NCBI GenBank assembly: GCA_040380025.1
Contig: JBEIJY010000005.1
Span: 1 to 64,000 of the forward strand
DNA: 64,000 bases
Direction of reading: 5' to 3'
Source: Bdellovibrionales bacterium
GTDB lineage: Bacteria > Bdellovibrionota > UBA1018 > CAIMNF01
Below, one piece after another: positions 20,766 through 29,258 of the stretch (the first letter of the stretch is position 1; the number at the start of each line of letters is the position of its first letter). Under the pieces are notes generated by a model, which did no database searches, was not told the DNA's origin, and saw nothing but the letters and a program-made list of their open reading frames with translations. A program made the translations under genes and the position numbers.

Positions 20766-22687
20766 AGTATTTGCTTTTCCTTCCGGCACTGCTTTGGTCG
20801 GCAGTGGCGTTTTCCAATGAACTTGGCTGTTCTGACCTTTTACATCATCCCGAGAATGAAAAAATCCTCCTCCCTTTCGAGGATTATCCGCAATTCCAAG
20901 GGAAGTCCATCCAGGTCATGCGCGTGACCGACCCTGAGTCCGGTGAAGTGGTGTGGCTGGGCGGGGTTGCGGATGCGATGAAATATGTTTCTCCCGAGAT
21001 TGCAAAGGCAGTGCCGGTGATTCAAACGGTAGTCGGTCCTTCCACCGATCTCTTCGAGATCTCGAAGGGGGTGAATGGCTCGGCCGCGCGCTACGGTTTG
21101 TTCGGATCCGCGAACGATCTCGACATTCTGGCGCAACTGATCATCAAGGTCCAATCCGGCGATGTTGAGCAGCTCTTTGATCCGAGGAGTACAGCCACCC
21201 AGAAGGTGGCGCAATATCTGAAGGGGCACGTCGAAAAAGTCCTGCAAGAAAACCCGAGCTACCGGTTCATCGAGCTGAAGGCAGGGGAGTATCTCGATCC
21301 TGAGACCAATGAGATCCAGGGCATCAAGTGGTGGCTTGAAGATCTGCGCCGGGGCTACAAGACGGTCATCGAAGCGAAAGGCACCCGCAGAGTGTCGTTG
21401 GCGCAGGCGATCGCCGAGCCGGCCCGGATCAAGATCGACTGGGCGATTCCCTCACCGCTCGATCGGCTGAATGAGTTCGACTACACCGAGGTCACCACGA
21501 TTTACACTCTGGGAATGAAGGTCGGAAACAACCAAGCCCGTCTTCGCATCTCGGACCTTCCCGGAATGAACGAGTCGCTTCTGATCAAAGCGACCTCCAT
21601 CAATGTGAGCCTGGAGGATCTTGTGAAGTCCATCGAGCTTTCGATCGGAGAAAGTCCCACCACGCTCGAACATGTCCATCAGGGCCTGATCAAGACGATC
21701 GAGAAGTACTCGGGCATCGACCGCCTGAAGGTGTTGAAGCGCCTTTCGGCCCTCCTCGGCTTTTGGGAAGGGCCCTTGGATTTTTCGTTGGCGACCGGAG
21801 AATCAATCCGTCCGAATGAGCTGTTGTCCCAGGTGTATGAGGTCCTCTCGAAAGAGCGGATCCGGACTCTCTCGCGGATTCGGTCGCGGGCCGATGTGCG
21901 GGCTGTGGCCAAGGCGCACGGGGTCTCGCTCGGAACCACCGATGAGCAATGGCTCACGGCCATTCGTCGGGATTATCCCGAGCTGAAGTCCGCCAATTTC
22001 GAGGATCTGGACCGTGAATTAGCCGATCTCGTCGAACGGGAACTCACAGTGGAGTTCGCGAAGTATCCTGCCGTCCCGCAGTACATCGAGTTTGTCCGGA
22101 AACGGGCGCCGTACGTGGTCGGCCGGGAGCTGAGTGCGAATCCGGTGTTCCTGACGCTGAAGCCCGATGCGAAGTTCCGGGCCGAGCTCGCAAAAAAAAT
22201 CGCGGTCTGGAAAGAAAAGTATCCGCTTCTGAAGTTCACCGATCCTGACGATGCCCACATGACCTTGCATTTCGCGGGTCGCATGTCGGAGCCTGCGATG
22301 GATGCCTGGATCGGGCACGCGAGGGCGCGGTTTTCGAGCCTTCCCGAAATCGCAGACGGTGGCTTTCATATCATGGGTGCGCGCAATAATGTGATTGCGA
22401 TCAAGTTCCCCGTGCGAAGCGACCTCTCCGATGCGATCAAGAATCTCCGCCTCTTCGGAACCTCGGTCGGCGCGAATCCCGAGAAGAGGTTTTTGGAATT
22501 CACTCCGCACATCACCGTGGCGACCATTGCTGACGGGGGAGAGGCGGCGCGGAGCCAGGTCAGGCGATTCGTTTCGGAGGTCGCGGGCACTCTCTCGAAC
22601 GCGCGATTCGATGCTGTCGAGATCTGGACGAATCAGCCCAAGACCGAGGGGGTCGAGGCCGGAAGAAGATACCTGAAGCTCCGGTGA
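20732..22687 (+). CDS. Secreted Pol-beta-like nucleotidyltransferase / 2H phosphoesterase fusion
   Basis: Signal peptide, G-S-x11-D-L-D at aa 116-131, later KIDW, two HxT motifs (HMTL, HITV) in a ThpR-like C-terminal domain. Start uncertain (GTG 20732 or CTG 20762). Confidence 0.72.
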   Translation: MQHAFGDRRNLKYLLFLPALLWSAVAFSNELGCSDLLHHPENEKILLPFEDYPQFQGKSIQVMRVTDPESGEVVWLGGVADAMKYVSPEIAKAVPVIQTVVGPSTDLFEISKGVNGSAARYGLFGSANDLDILAQLIIKVQSGDVEQLFDPRSTATQKVAQYLKGHVEKVLQENPSYRFIELKAGEYLDPETNEIQGIKWWLEDLRRGYKTVIEAKGTRRVSLAQAIAEPARIKIDWAIPSPLDRLNEFDYTEVTTIYTLGMKVGNNQARLRISDLPGMNESLLIKATSINVSLEDLVKSIELSIGESPTTLEHVHQGLIKTIEKYSGIDRLKVLKRLSALLGFWEGPLDFSLATGESIRPNELLSQVYEVLSKERIRTLSRIRSRADVRAVAKAHGVSLGTTDEQWLTAIRRDYPELKSANFEDLDRELADLVERELTVEFAKYPAVPQYIEFVRKRAPYVVGRELSANPVFLTLKPDAKFRAELAKKIAVWKEKYPLLKFTDPDDAHMTLHFAGRMSEPAMDAWIGHARARFSSLPEIADGGFHIMGARNNVIAIKFPVRSDLSDAIKNLRLFGTSVGANPEKRFLEFTPHITVATIADGGEAARSQVRRFVSEVAGTLSNARFDAVEIWTNQPKTEGVEAGRRYLKLR

Positions 22688-22692
22688 GGCGA

Positions 22693-23159
22693 CGCCCGCT
22701 CCCGTTCAAGTCCCTCCACGAACATGATCCCGCCCGTTCCCTTCCTTTTTTAGAAAGTCGAGCGAGATGAGCAAAGGAGGCGTACACAGAAGTACGCCGT
22801 ACTGCGCGAATCGAGGGAGATGACGCCAAATTGGAAATTCGGAAGGAAGATGGTGCGCGCGGAGGGACTTGCCCTCCAACTTCTTCGCCTCCGGCTCAGT
22901 CGTTTCCGGGCCAGGTCGCGGGCTAAGTCGCGCGTCCTGCGCGCCATGCCGGTCCGCGAGCGGTGCTCGCATCCCGGCCGCCCGCTCCCGTTCAAGTCCC
23001 TCCTTGCACCCACGATCTTCCTTCCCAATTTCCAATTTGGCTAAATCGAGCGAGATGAGCAAAGGAGGCGTACACAGAAGTACGCCGTACTGCGCGAATC
23101 GAGGGAGATGACGCCAAATTGGAAATTCGGAAGGAAGATGGTGCGCGCGGAGGGACTTG
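22693..23159. repeat. tRNA-Leu-derived direct and inverted repeat array
   Basis: 114-bp perfect direct repeat (22758-22871 / 23046-23159), 25-bp direct repeat (22693-22717 / 22979-23003), ~50-bp inverted repeat (22990-23041 vs 23113-23162). Confidence 0.92.
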
Positions 23160-23223
23160 AACCCCCACACCTTACGGCACCAGATCCTAAGTCTGGCGTG
23201 TCTGCCAATTTCACCACGCGCGC
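23139..23223 (-). tRNA. tRNA-Leu (UAG)
   Basis: 85 nt: GCGCGCG acceptor stem, CCAGA-CTTAGGA-TCTGG anticodon arm, long variable arm, TTCAAGT T-loop, encoded CCA. Confidence 0.97.
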
Positions 23224-23300
23224 ATGCGGGAAGGCCGATAAGGGAGCACTTTACTCTGTCACTAAACCGAAATCCAGTGTAAAATGGGCGGTCTCGCGCC

Positions 23301-24233
23301 ATGAAAACGTATTTCGGATCAGATCAAATCAATGAGTTGCCGTCCGCGACGGTGATCGCCCTCGGGAATTTCGATGGCGTTCACATCGGGCATCAGGCCA
23401 TCTTGCATCGGGCGCGCGAGCATGCCGATCGTCTGGGACTTCCACTGGCGTGTTTCACGTTCCAGCCGCATCCGACGCTCGAGCTCAAGCCCCAAGCCGA
23501 TCTGAAGCTCCTCATGACCTACGACGAAAAGCGCGCGATCCTAGAATCCATGAAGGTCGATCTCTGCGTCGAGGAGCGGTTCACACCTGAGTTCGCAAAG
23601 ACTTCGGCCCAGGAGTTCTTTTTTCAGATCCTGATCGGGCGCCTTCGAGCGCGGGTGATTATGGTGGGCGAGAACTTCAGCTTCGGCCGAAATCGCGAGG
23701 GCACGATCGCCCGTCTTCGGGAGTTCTGTTCCGAAGCCTCGGTGATCCTGGAAGCGATGGAACCGGTCCTGCTCGAAGGGGCTCCCGTGTCCAGCTCCCG
23801 GATCCGTAAGGAGCTTGCTGCCGGAAACGTCGCCGCCGCGTCCACTCTGCTCGGTCGCCCGTTTTTTTATCGCGCCGAGGTCATTCATGGCGACAAGCGG
23901 GGACGCACGATCGGGTTCCCGACGGCGAACATGCTTTGTGCCGAGAAGTTCCCGCTGCGGGCGGGAGTGTATGCGACGTCAGTGCTCTGGCGGGATCGCG
24001 AGTACCCGGCGGTCACGAACATCGGTACGCGACCCACCTTCGATTCGCAGATCCTCCGCATCGAGACCCATCTGCTGGGTCAGAGTCTTGACTTGTACGG
24101 CGAGATTCTCGAAGTGCGGTTCCACGAACGAATCCGCGACGAGCGAAGATTCGAGTCGGTCGCCGCCCTGGTCGCGCAGATCGCGAGCGACGCGAAATTG
24201 GCGGAATCGATCGCTCTTCGCCGCGATTCCTGA
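23301..24233 (+). CDS. ribF: Bifunctional riboflavin kinase/FAD synthetase
   Basis: GNFDGVHIGH, VSSSRIR and GRTIGFPTAN motifs. Confidence 0.97.
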   Translation: MKTYFGSDQINELPSATVIALGNFDGVHIGHQAILHRAREHADRLGLPLACFTFQPHPTLELKPQADLKLLMTYDEKRAILESMKVDLCVEERFTPEFAKTSAQEFFFQILIGRLRARVIMVGENFSFGRNREGTIARLREFCSEASVILEAMEPVLLEGAPVSSSRIRKELAAGNVAAASTLLGRPFFYRAEVIHGDKRGRTIGFPTANMLCAEKFPLRAGVYATSVLWRDREYPAVTNIGTRPTFDSQILRIETHLLGQSLDLYGEILEVRFHERIRDERRFESVAALVAQIASDAKLAESIALRRDS

Positions 24234-24239
24234 ATCGAT

Positions 24240-24268
24240 TTGCCCTTCTTCCGGCCGGCCCTTACACT
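24240..24268 (+). promoter_or_regulatory. Candidate sigma70 promoter for a leaderless pilB transcript
   Basis: TTGCCC-N17-TACACT, then 7 nt to the ATG at 24276. No SD. Confidence 0.55.
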
Positions 24269-24275
24269 TAAAGCA

Positions 24276-25979
24276 ATGTCTCGAAAACTGATCGAGCTGT
24301 TGTACAAAGAGCGCATGATCACCCCGACCCAGTTCAACGAGGCCGAGGAGATCTTCCGCGCGAACGGCGATGCCATCCGGCAGTTCATCGAACGCAAGAT
24401 CCTCTCGGAATCGAAGCTGGTGTACTTCCTCTCGCAGAAGTTCTCGCTCCAATCGATCAATCTCGCAAAATTCGAACCGAAGCGCGAGGCCATCTCCGCG
24501 GTGAGCCCCGAACTCGTCCGGAAGGCGCAGGCGATTCCGATCCAGCTGAACCGGGGGAGCCTCGTTGTGGCCATTCCCGATCCGACGCAGATGAATCTTC
24601 TGGACGACATCCGGTTTGCGACCAAGCTGAACGTCGAGGCGGTTCTGGCGTCGTTTTCGGCCTTCGATGCTACTTATCTGAAGCATTTCGCCGGAACCCG
24701 CTCGATGGGAAAGGCGCTCGAGGCCTTCCGCAAGGATGCCCAAGCGGCCAACAAAGAAGAACAGGTGCAGATGATCGATCAGCACCGGGTGCACGAGGTC
24801 GGAAATGAGACTCCCGAGGACGCGCCGGTGATCTCGGTGGTGAACGGGATCCTGACCGAGGCGATCCGCAGAGGCGCGAGCGACATCCATGTCGAGCCCT
24901 TCGAGAAGGATTTCCGTGTGCGCTTCCGGATCGACGGAACACTGGTCGACGTGACGCACATTCCGCTCGAGATGAGGCGGGCCGTGGTTTCGCGCTTCAA
25001 GATCATGTCCCGCATGGACATCGCCGAGTCGCGGGTTCCGCAGGACGGCCGGATCAAGCTCAAAACGGGCCAAAAAGAAGTCGACTTCCGGGTGAGCACG
25101 CTGCCCACCTTGTTCGGCGAAAAAGTGGTGCTCCGGCTCCTCTCGAAGGGAAATCTCCAGCTCGACCTCCGGACGCTCGGATTCGAGGACGCCCAGCTCG
25201 CGATTTTCAGGCGCGGAATCAGCCAGCCGAACGGAATGGTGCTGGTCACGGGGCCGACCGGCTCGGGAAAGACCACCACCCTGTATTCGGCCCTCATGGA
25301 GCTGAATCAGGTTTCAGACAACCTCTCGACGGTCGAAGACCCGGTCGAATACAACCTCGATGGCATCAATCAGGTGCAGGTCAACAAAGACGTCGGACTC
25401 ACCTTCGCCGCGGTGTTGAAGGCGCTCCTCCGGCAGGATCCCGATACCGTGCTCGTGGGCGAGATCCGCGATTACGAGACCGGTGAGGTCGCGGTGCAGG
25501 CCGCTTTGACCGGCCACCTTGTGCTCTCGACTCTTCACACGAACGACACGGTTTCGACCATCACCCGGCTCGTGAACATGGGCATCGAGCCGTTTTTGGT
25601 GACCGCCTCGGTGAACACGATCATCGCACAAAGGCTTCTGCGCACCCTCTGCAAGGCCTGCAAGGTTCCGATCAAGGTCCCCGCGGAGCGAATCCAATCT
25701 CTCGGTGCGGGGGCCACGCCCGTCGGCGCAGGATTCCACGGGCCGAAGGGATGTCACGAATGCAATCAGACCGGTTACAAGGGACGGATCGCGATCTATG
25801 AAGTGCTCGATTATTCATCGGCGCTGAAAGAAATGACCTTGGCCGGCAGGACTGCGATCGAGATCAAAAAAGTCGCGGTCGAGGATCACGGTCTGCAGAC
25901 CTTGCGGGTCTCGGCCCTGAAGAAGGCGGCCGCCGGACTGACCACGATCGAGGAGGCGGTCACGATGACCGCGGAATAG
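24276..25979 (+). CDS. pilB: Type IV pilus assembly ATPase PilB
   Basis: ASDIHVEP, GPTGSGKTTT, LRQDPD and LHTND motifs, tetracysteine motif. Confidence 0.96.
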   Translation: MSRKLIELLYKERMITPTQFNEAEEIFRANGDAIRQFIERKILSESKLVYFLSQKFSLQSINLAKFEPKREAISAVSPELVRKAQAIPIQLNRGSLVVAIPDPTQMNLLDDIRFATKLNVEAVLASFSAFDATYLKHFAGTRSMGKALEAFRKDAQAANKEEQVQMIDQHRVHEVGNETPEDAPVISVVNGILTEAIRRGASDIHVEPFEKDFRVRFRIDGTLVDVTHIPLEMRRAVVSRFKIMSRMDIAESRVPQDGRIKLKTGQKEVDFRVSTLPTLFGEKVVLRLLSKGNLQLDLRTLGFEDAQLAIFRRGISQPNGMVLVTGPTGSGKTTTLYSALMELNQVSDNLSTVEDPVEYNLDGINQVQVNKDVGLTFAAVLKALLRQDPDTVLVGEIRDYETGEVAVQAALTGHLVLSTLHTNDTVSTITRLVNMGIEPFLVTASVNTIIAQRLLRTLCKACKVPIKVPAERIQSLGAGATPVGAGFHGPKGCHECNQTGYKGRIAIYEVLDYSSALKEMTLAGRTAIEIKKVAVEDHGLQTLRVSALKKAAAGLTTIEEAVTMTAE

Positions 25980-25994
25980 GATCAGGAGGGAATC

Positions 25995-27056
25995 ATGGCA
26001 AAACTCACACTGACCGCATTGCTTCGGGCGATGGTCGAGCAAGAGGCCTCCGATCTGCATCTTTCGAATCAGAGTCCGCCCCAGTTCCGGATCCACGGAA
26101 GACTCGTCAAGGCGAAGGTCGATCCCCTCACGCCCGAGCTGATCGAAGATCTGGTGAAGGAGATCCTGACCGAATCGCAAAGGAGGATCTTCGAGGCGAA
26201 TCGCGAACTCGATTTTTCGTTCGGCGTGAAGGACGTCGCCCGGTTCCGCGGCAACCTCTTTTACCAGCGCGAGAGCATGGGAGCCGTGTTCCGGATGATT
26301 CCGGTGGCGGTTCCCGACTTCGATGCGCTTCATCTGCCCGAGGTGATCAAGAAAATCGTGCGACAGCCGAACGGGCTGTTCCTCGTGACCGGTCCCACCG
26401 GCTCCGGAAAATCCACTTCGCTTGCCGCGATCATCGATTATCTGAACCGCGAGGAGAGCGGCCATATTCTCACGGTCGAGGATCCGATCGAGTTCGTGCA
26501 TCCGCACAAGAACTGCATCGTGAACCAGCGCGAGGTGGGCTCCGACTCGCTCAGTTTTCATGAGGCCCTGAAGCACGCGCTCCGGCAAGACCCCGACTAC
26601 ATCCTGGTCGGGGAGCTTCGCGATCTCGAGACCATCGAAATGGCGCTCACTGCGGCCGAAACAGGCCACCTGGTGTTCGGCACCATGCACACGAACGGCG
26701 CCGTTCAGACCATCGCCCGGATCGTGAATGTATTCCCCCCGCACCAGCAGTCGCAGATCCGCCAGCATCTCGCCTCGACCCTGGTCGGCGTGATGACCCA
26801 GCAGCTGGTTCCGAACTCGAACCGGCCGGGCCGCTCGGTTGCCATCGAGCTCATGGTGCCGAATCTCGCGATCCGGAATCTGATTCGCGAGGACAAAATG
26901 AATCAGGTCTACGGTGTGATGCAGTCGGGACAGGCGGGCACGGGAATGCAGACCATGAATCAGTCGCTTGCCGATCTGGTGCGCAAGGGGAATCTCACCA
27001 AGATCGACGCGCTTTCGTACAGTTTGCTGCCCGATGAGTTGCAAAAACTGGTCTGA
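25995..27056 (+). CDS. pilT: Type IV pilus retraction ATPase PilT
   Basis: GPTGSGKSTS, EDPIEF, AAETGHLVFGT and AIRNLIRE motifs. Confidence 0.96.
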   Translation: MAKLTLTALLRAMVEQEASDLHLSNQSPPQFRIHGRLVKAKVDPLTPELIEDLVKEILTESQRRIFEANRELDFSFGVKDVARFRGNLFYQRESMGAVFRMIPVAVPDFDALHLPEVIKKIVRQPNGLFLVTGPTGSGKSTSLAAIIDYLNREESGHILTVEDPIEFVHPHKNCIVNQREVGSDSLSFHEALKHALRQDPDYILVGELRDLETIEMALTAAETGHLVFGTMHTNGAVQTIARIVNVFPPHQQSQIRQHLASTLVGVMTQQLVPNSNRPGRSVAIELMVPNLAIRNLIREDKMNQVYGVMQSGQAGTGMQTMNQSLADLVRKGNLTKIDALSYSLLPDELQKLV

Positions 27057-27067
27057 GGGACGGAACC

Positions 27068-28297
27068 ATGCCGGAATATTTGTACGTGGCGCGTGACGGC
27101 GCCGGAAAACAGGTCGAGGGACGGGTGGAGGCCGAGAACGAGGGCGAGCTCCGGATGGTGCTCCGTTCGAAAGGGCTTCGTCCGATCAAAATCGCAAAAC
27201 CGGGCATCGCAAACCAGGACCTCGGCACGGTCGTGGGGTCTTTGCTCGGCCGCTCCCGAACCGTCCCGCAAGAGCGGCTCATGATTTTCATCAAACAGCT
27301 CCACACGATGATTTCTTCGGGAGTCCCGCTCGTGCAGGCGATCGAGCTGTTCCATGATCAGGAGTCGCACCCCTACCTGAAGGAAATCCTGGGCTCGTGC
27401 CGCGACCGGATCAATAGCGGCTCATTCCTTTGGGAGTGCTTTGCCGCGTATCCCGATGTGTTCGAGCGGGTGTTCGTGGCCCTCGTCCGTGCGGGGGAAT
27501 CCTCGGGAACCCTCGATGTGATGCTGAAGCGCACGGGCAAGTACCTCGAGAACTCCTACCGGCTGAAAAAGCTCATCCGGAGCTCGATGAACTACCCGAT
27601 CATCGTGCTGTCGATCGCAACCGGTGTCGTCACCCTCATGCTCGGACTTGTGATCCCGAAGTTCGAAGAAATGCTGACCTCCACGGGGGGCGAGCTTCCC
27701 GGCCCGACGAAGCTCGTGATTGCGCTCTCGCATGGCCTGGTGGAGCATTTCGGGGCGATTGCCGTGATCGTGCTCGCGCTCGGGTATGTGGCAAGGAGTT
27801 ATGCAAAAAGCGAGGAAGGAGCCATTGTTCTCCAAAAAACCGCGCTCGGGCTTCCTTTGTTCGGGAATCTGGTCATGTTGAGCGGGGTCGCGCGTTTTGC
27901 CCGCACGGTCTCGACCTTGCTCTCGGCCGGGATTCCCCTGATCGACACGCTCGAGATCTCCCGCTCCGCCTCGAGCAATATCGCGTTCGAGAACGCCATC
28001 GCGAACATGAAAAAAGAAGTCGAGCTCGGATCGAGTTTCGGGAATGCCATGCTCCGGCAGGGAGGGCTGTTCCCGAAGATGGCCCTGCAAATGACGGTGG
28101 TGGGCGAGAACACCGGGAACCTCGATAAAATGCTCGATCGCGTGGCTGACTTTTACGAAGAAGAGGTCGAGACTTCGATTCAGGGCATGCTGAAGCTAGT
28201 CGAGCCCTTGATGCTCGTGCTGTTGGGCGGGGTGGTCGGTGGCCTTCTGATCGCCATGTATTTGCCCGTGTTCCAGATGGCCGGAGGAGTCCAGTGA
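27068..28297 (+). CDS. pilC: Type IV pilus platform protein PilC (GspF family)
   Basis: Two GspF domains (AGESSGTLD; GENTGNLD...LVEP...AMYLPVF). Confidence 0.95.
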   Translation: MPEYLYVARDGAGKQVEGRVEAENEGELRMVLRSKGLRPIKIAKPGIANQDLGTVVGSLLGRSRTVPQERLMIFIKQLHTMISSGVPLVQAIELFHDQESHPYLKEILGSCRDRINSGSFLWECFAAYPDVFERVFVALVRAGESSGTLDVMLKRTGKYLENSYRLKKLIRSSMNYPIIVLSIATGVVTLMLGLVIPKFEEMLTSTGGELPGPTKLVIALSHGLVEHFGAIAVIVLALGYVARSYAKSEEGAIVLQKTALGLPLFGNLVMLSGVARFARTVSTLLSAGIPLIDTLEISRSASSNIAFENAIANMKKEVELGSSFGNAMLRQGGLFPKMALQMTVVGENTGNLDKMLDRVADFYEEEVETSIQGMLKLVEPLMLVLLGGVVGGLLIAMYLPVFQMAGGVQ

Positions 28298-29247
28298 AGA
28301 AATCCGCGATTGATTCGATCAGCCGCCCGCTGTTGGGCAAATCCCCCGAGATCGAGGCACTGAAGGCCATGATCGAACGGGTCGCTCCCTCGAAGACGAA
28401 TGTGCTGATCATCGGCGAGAGCGGAACCGGCAAGGAGCTGGTGGCCCGCGCCCTCCATGAGCTGAGCCCTGTGAAGGATGGCCCCTTTGTGGCCGTGAAC
28501 TGCGGCGCGATCCCCGAGAGCCTGATCGAAAGCGAGCTCTTCGGGCATAAAAAGGGGAGCTTCACCGGCGCCATTGCCGACAAGCCAGGACTCTTCGAGG
28601 CCGCCAACGGCGGGACTTTGTTTTTGGACGAGGTGGGGGAGCTTCCGGTCTCGATGCAGGTCAAGCTCTTGCGCGCGATCCAGGATCGGGCGATCCGGCG
28701 CGTGGGCGGCAATGACACGGTCAAAATCGAGGTGCGGATTGTAGCGGCCACGAACAAGAATCTCGAAGAAGGAGTCAAGAAAGGCACCTTCCGCGAGGAT
28801 CTGTACTACCGCCTGAACGTGATCCTGCTCGAGACCCCGCCTCTTCGGAACCGCTTGGGCGATGTCGAAGAGCTGATTCGGGTGTTCTTCGAGCGCTTCA
28901 ACCAAAAGCAGTCGCGGGGACTCCAAGGCTTCTCGGCCGGTGCGATGGAGGTGCTTCTTTCGTACGCGTGGCCGGGGAACATCCGGGAGCTCGAGAATGT
29001 GATGGAGCGGGTGGTGACCCTGGAGTCTTCGAAAGAGATCCAGGCGTCGACTCTGCCACCCGAGATGGTTCACGCGGTCCGGAAGGCCGCAGGGGTTCCT
29101 CGCGAGCTGGTGCTTCGGGCGAACTTCATGATGGGGCCGGTCGATCTCGAGAGGATCCTCGATGAGGTCCGGACCTTCTACAAAAAAGAAGCTCTGATTT
29201 ACACCAAGAACGACGAAGCGCAGGCCGAATCGCTGTTGAAGAAGTGA
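28294..29247 (+). CDS. PilR-like sigma54 activator lacking the receiver domain, with truncated HTH
   Basis: AAA+ core intact (GESGTGKE, ESELFGH..GSFTGA, LFLDE, FREDLYYRL, WPGNIRELEN). Starts directly at the AAA linker and ends at AESLLKK. Confidence 0.85.
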   Translation: MKKSAIDSISRPLLGKSPEIEALKAMIERVAPSKTNVLIIGESGTGKELVARALHELSPVKDGPFVAVNCGAIPESLIESELFGHKKGSFTGAIADKPGLFEAANGGTLFLDEVGELPVSMQVKLLRAIQDRAIRRVGGNDTVKIEVRIVAATNKNLEEGVKKGTFREDLYYRLNVILLETPPLRNRLGDVEELIRVFFERFNQKQSRGLQGFSAGAMEVLLSYAWPGNIRELENVMERVVTLESSKEIQASTLPPEMVHAVRKAAGVPRELVLRANFMMGPVDLERILDEVRTFYKKEALIYTKNDEAQAESLLKK

Positions 29248-29258
29248 ACTGAACCGGA

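Noticed and set aside
22693..23162. CRISPR array or prophage attL/attR
   Set aside because: The repeats are 114 and 25 bp, occur in only two copies, derive from the tRNA and alternate in orientation. There are no cas genes or integrase, and the duplicated tRNA end is only 288 bp away.
23234..23241. GCCGATAA as a sigma28 -10 element
   Set aside because: No TAAA-like -35 at the proper distance.
22706..23335. ORFs of 74-198 aa over the tRNA-Leu region
   Set aside because: They overlap the tRNA and merely translate the DNA repeats.
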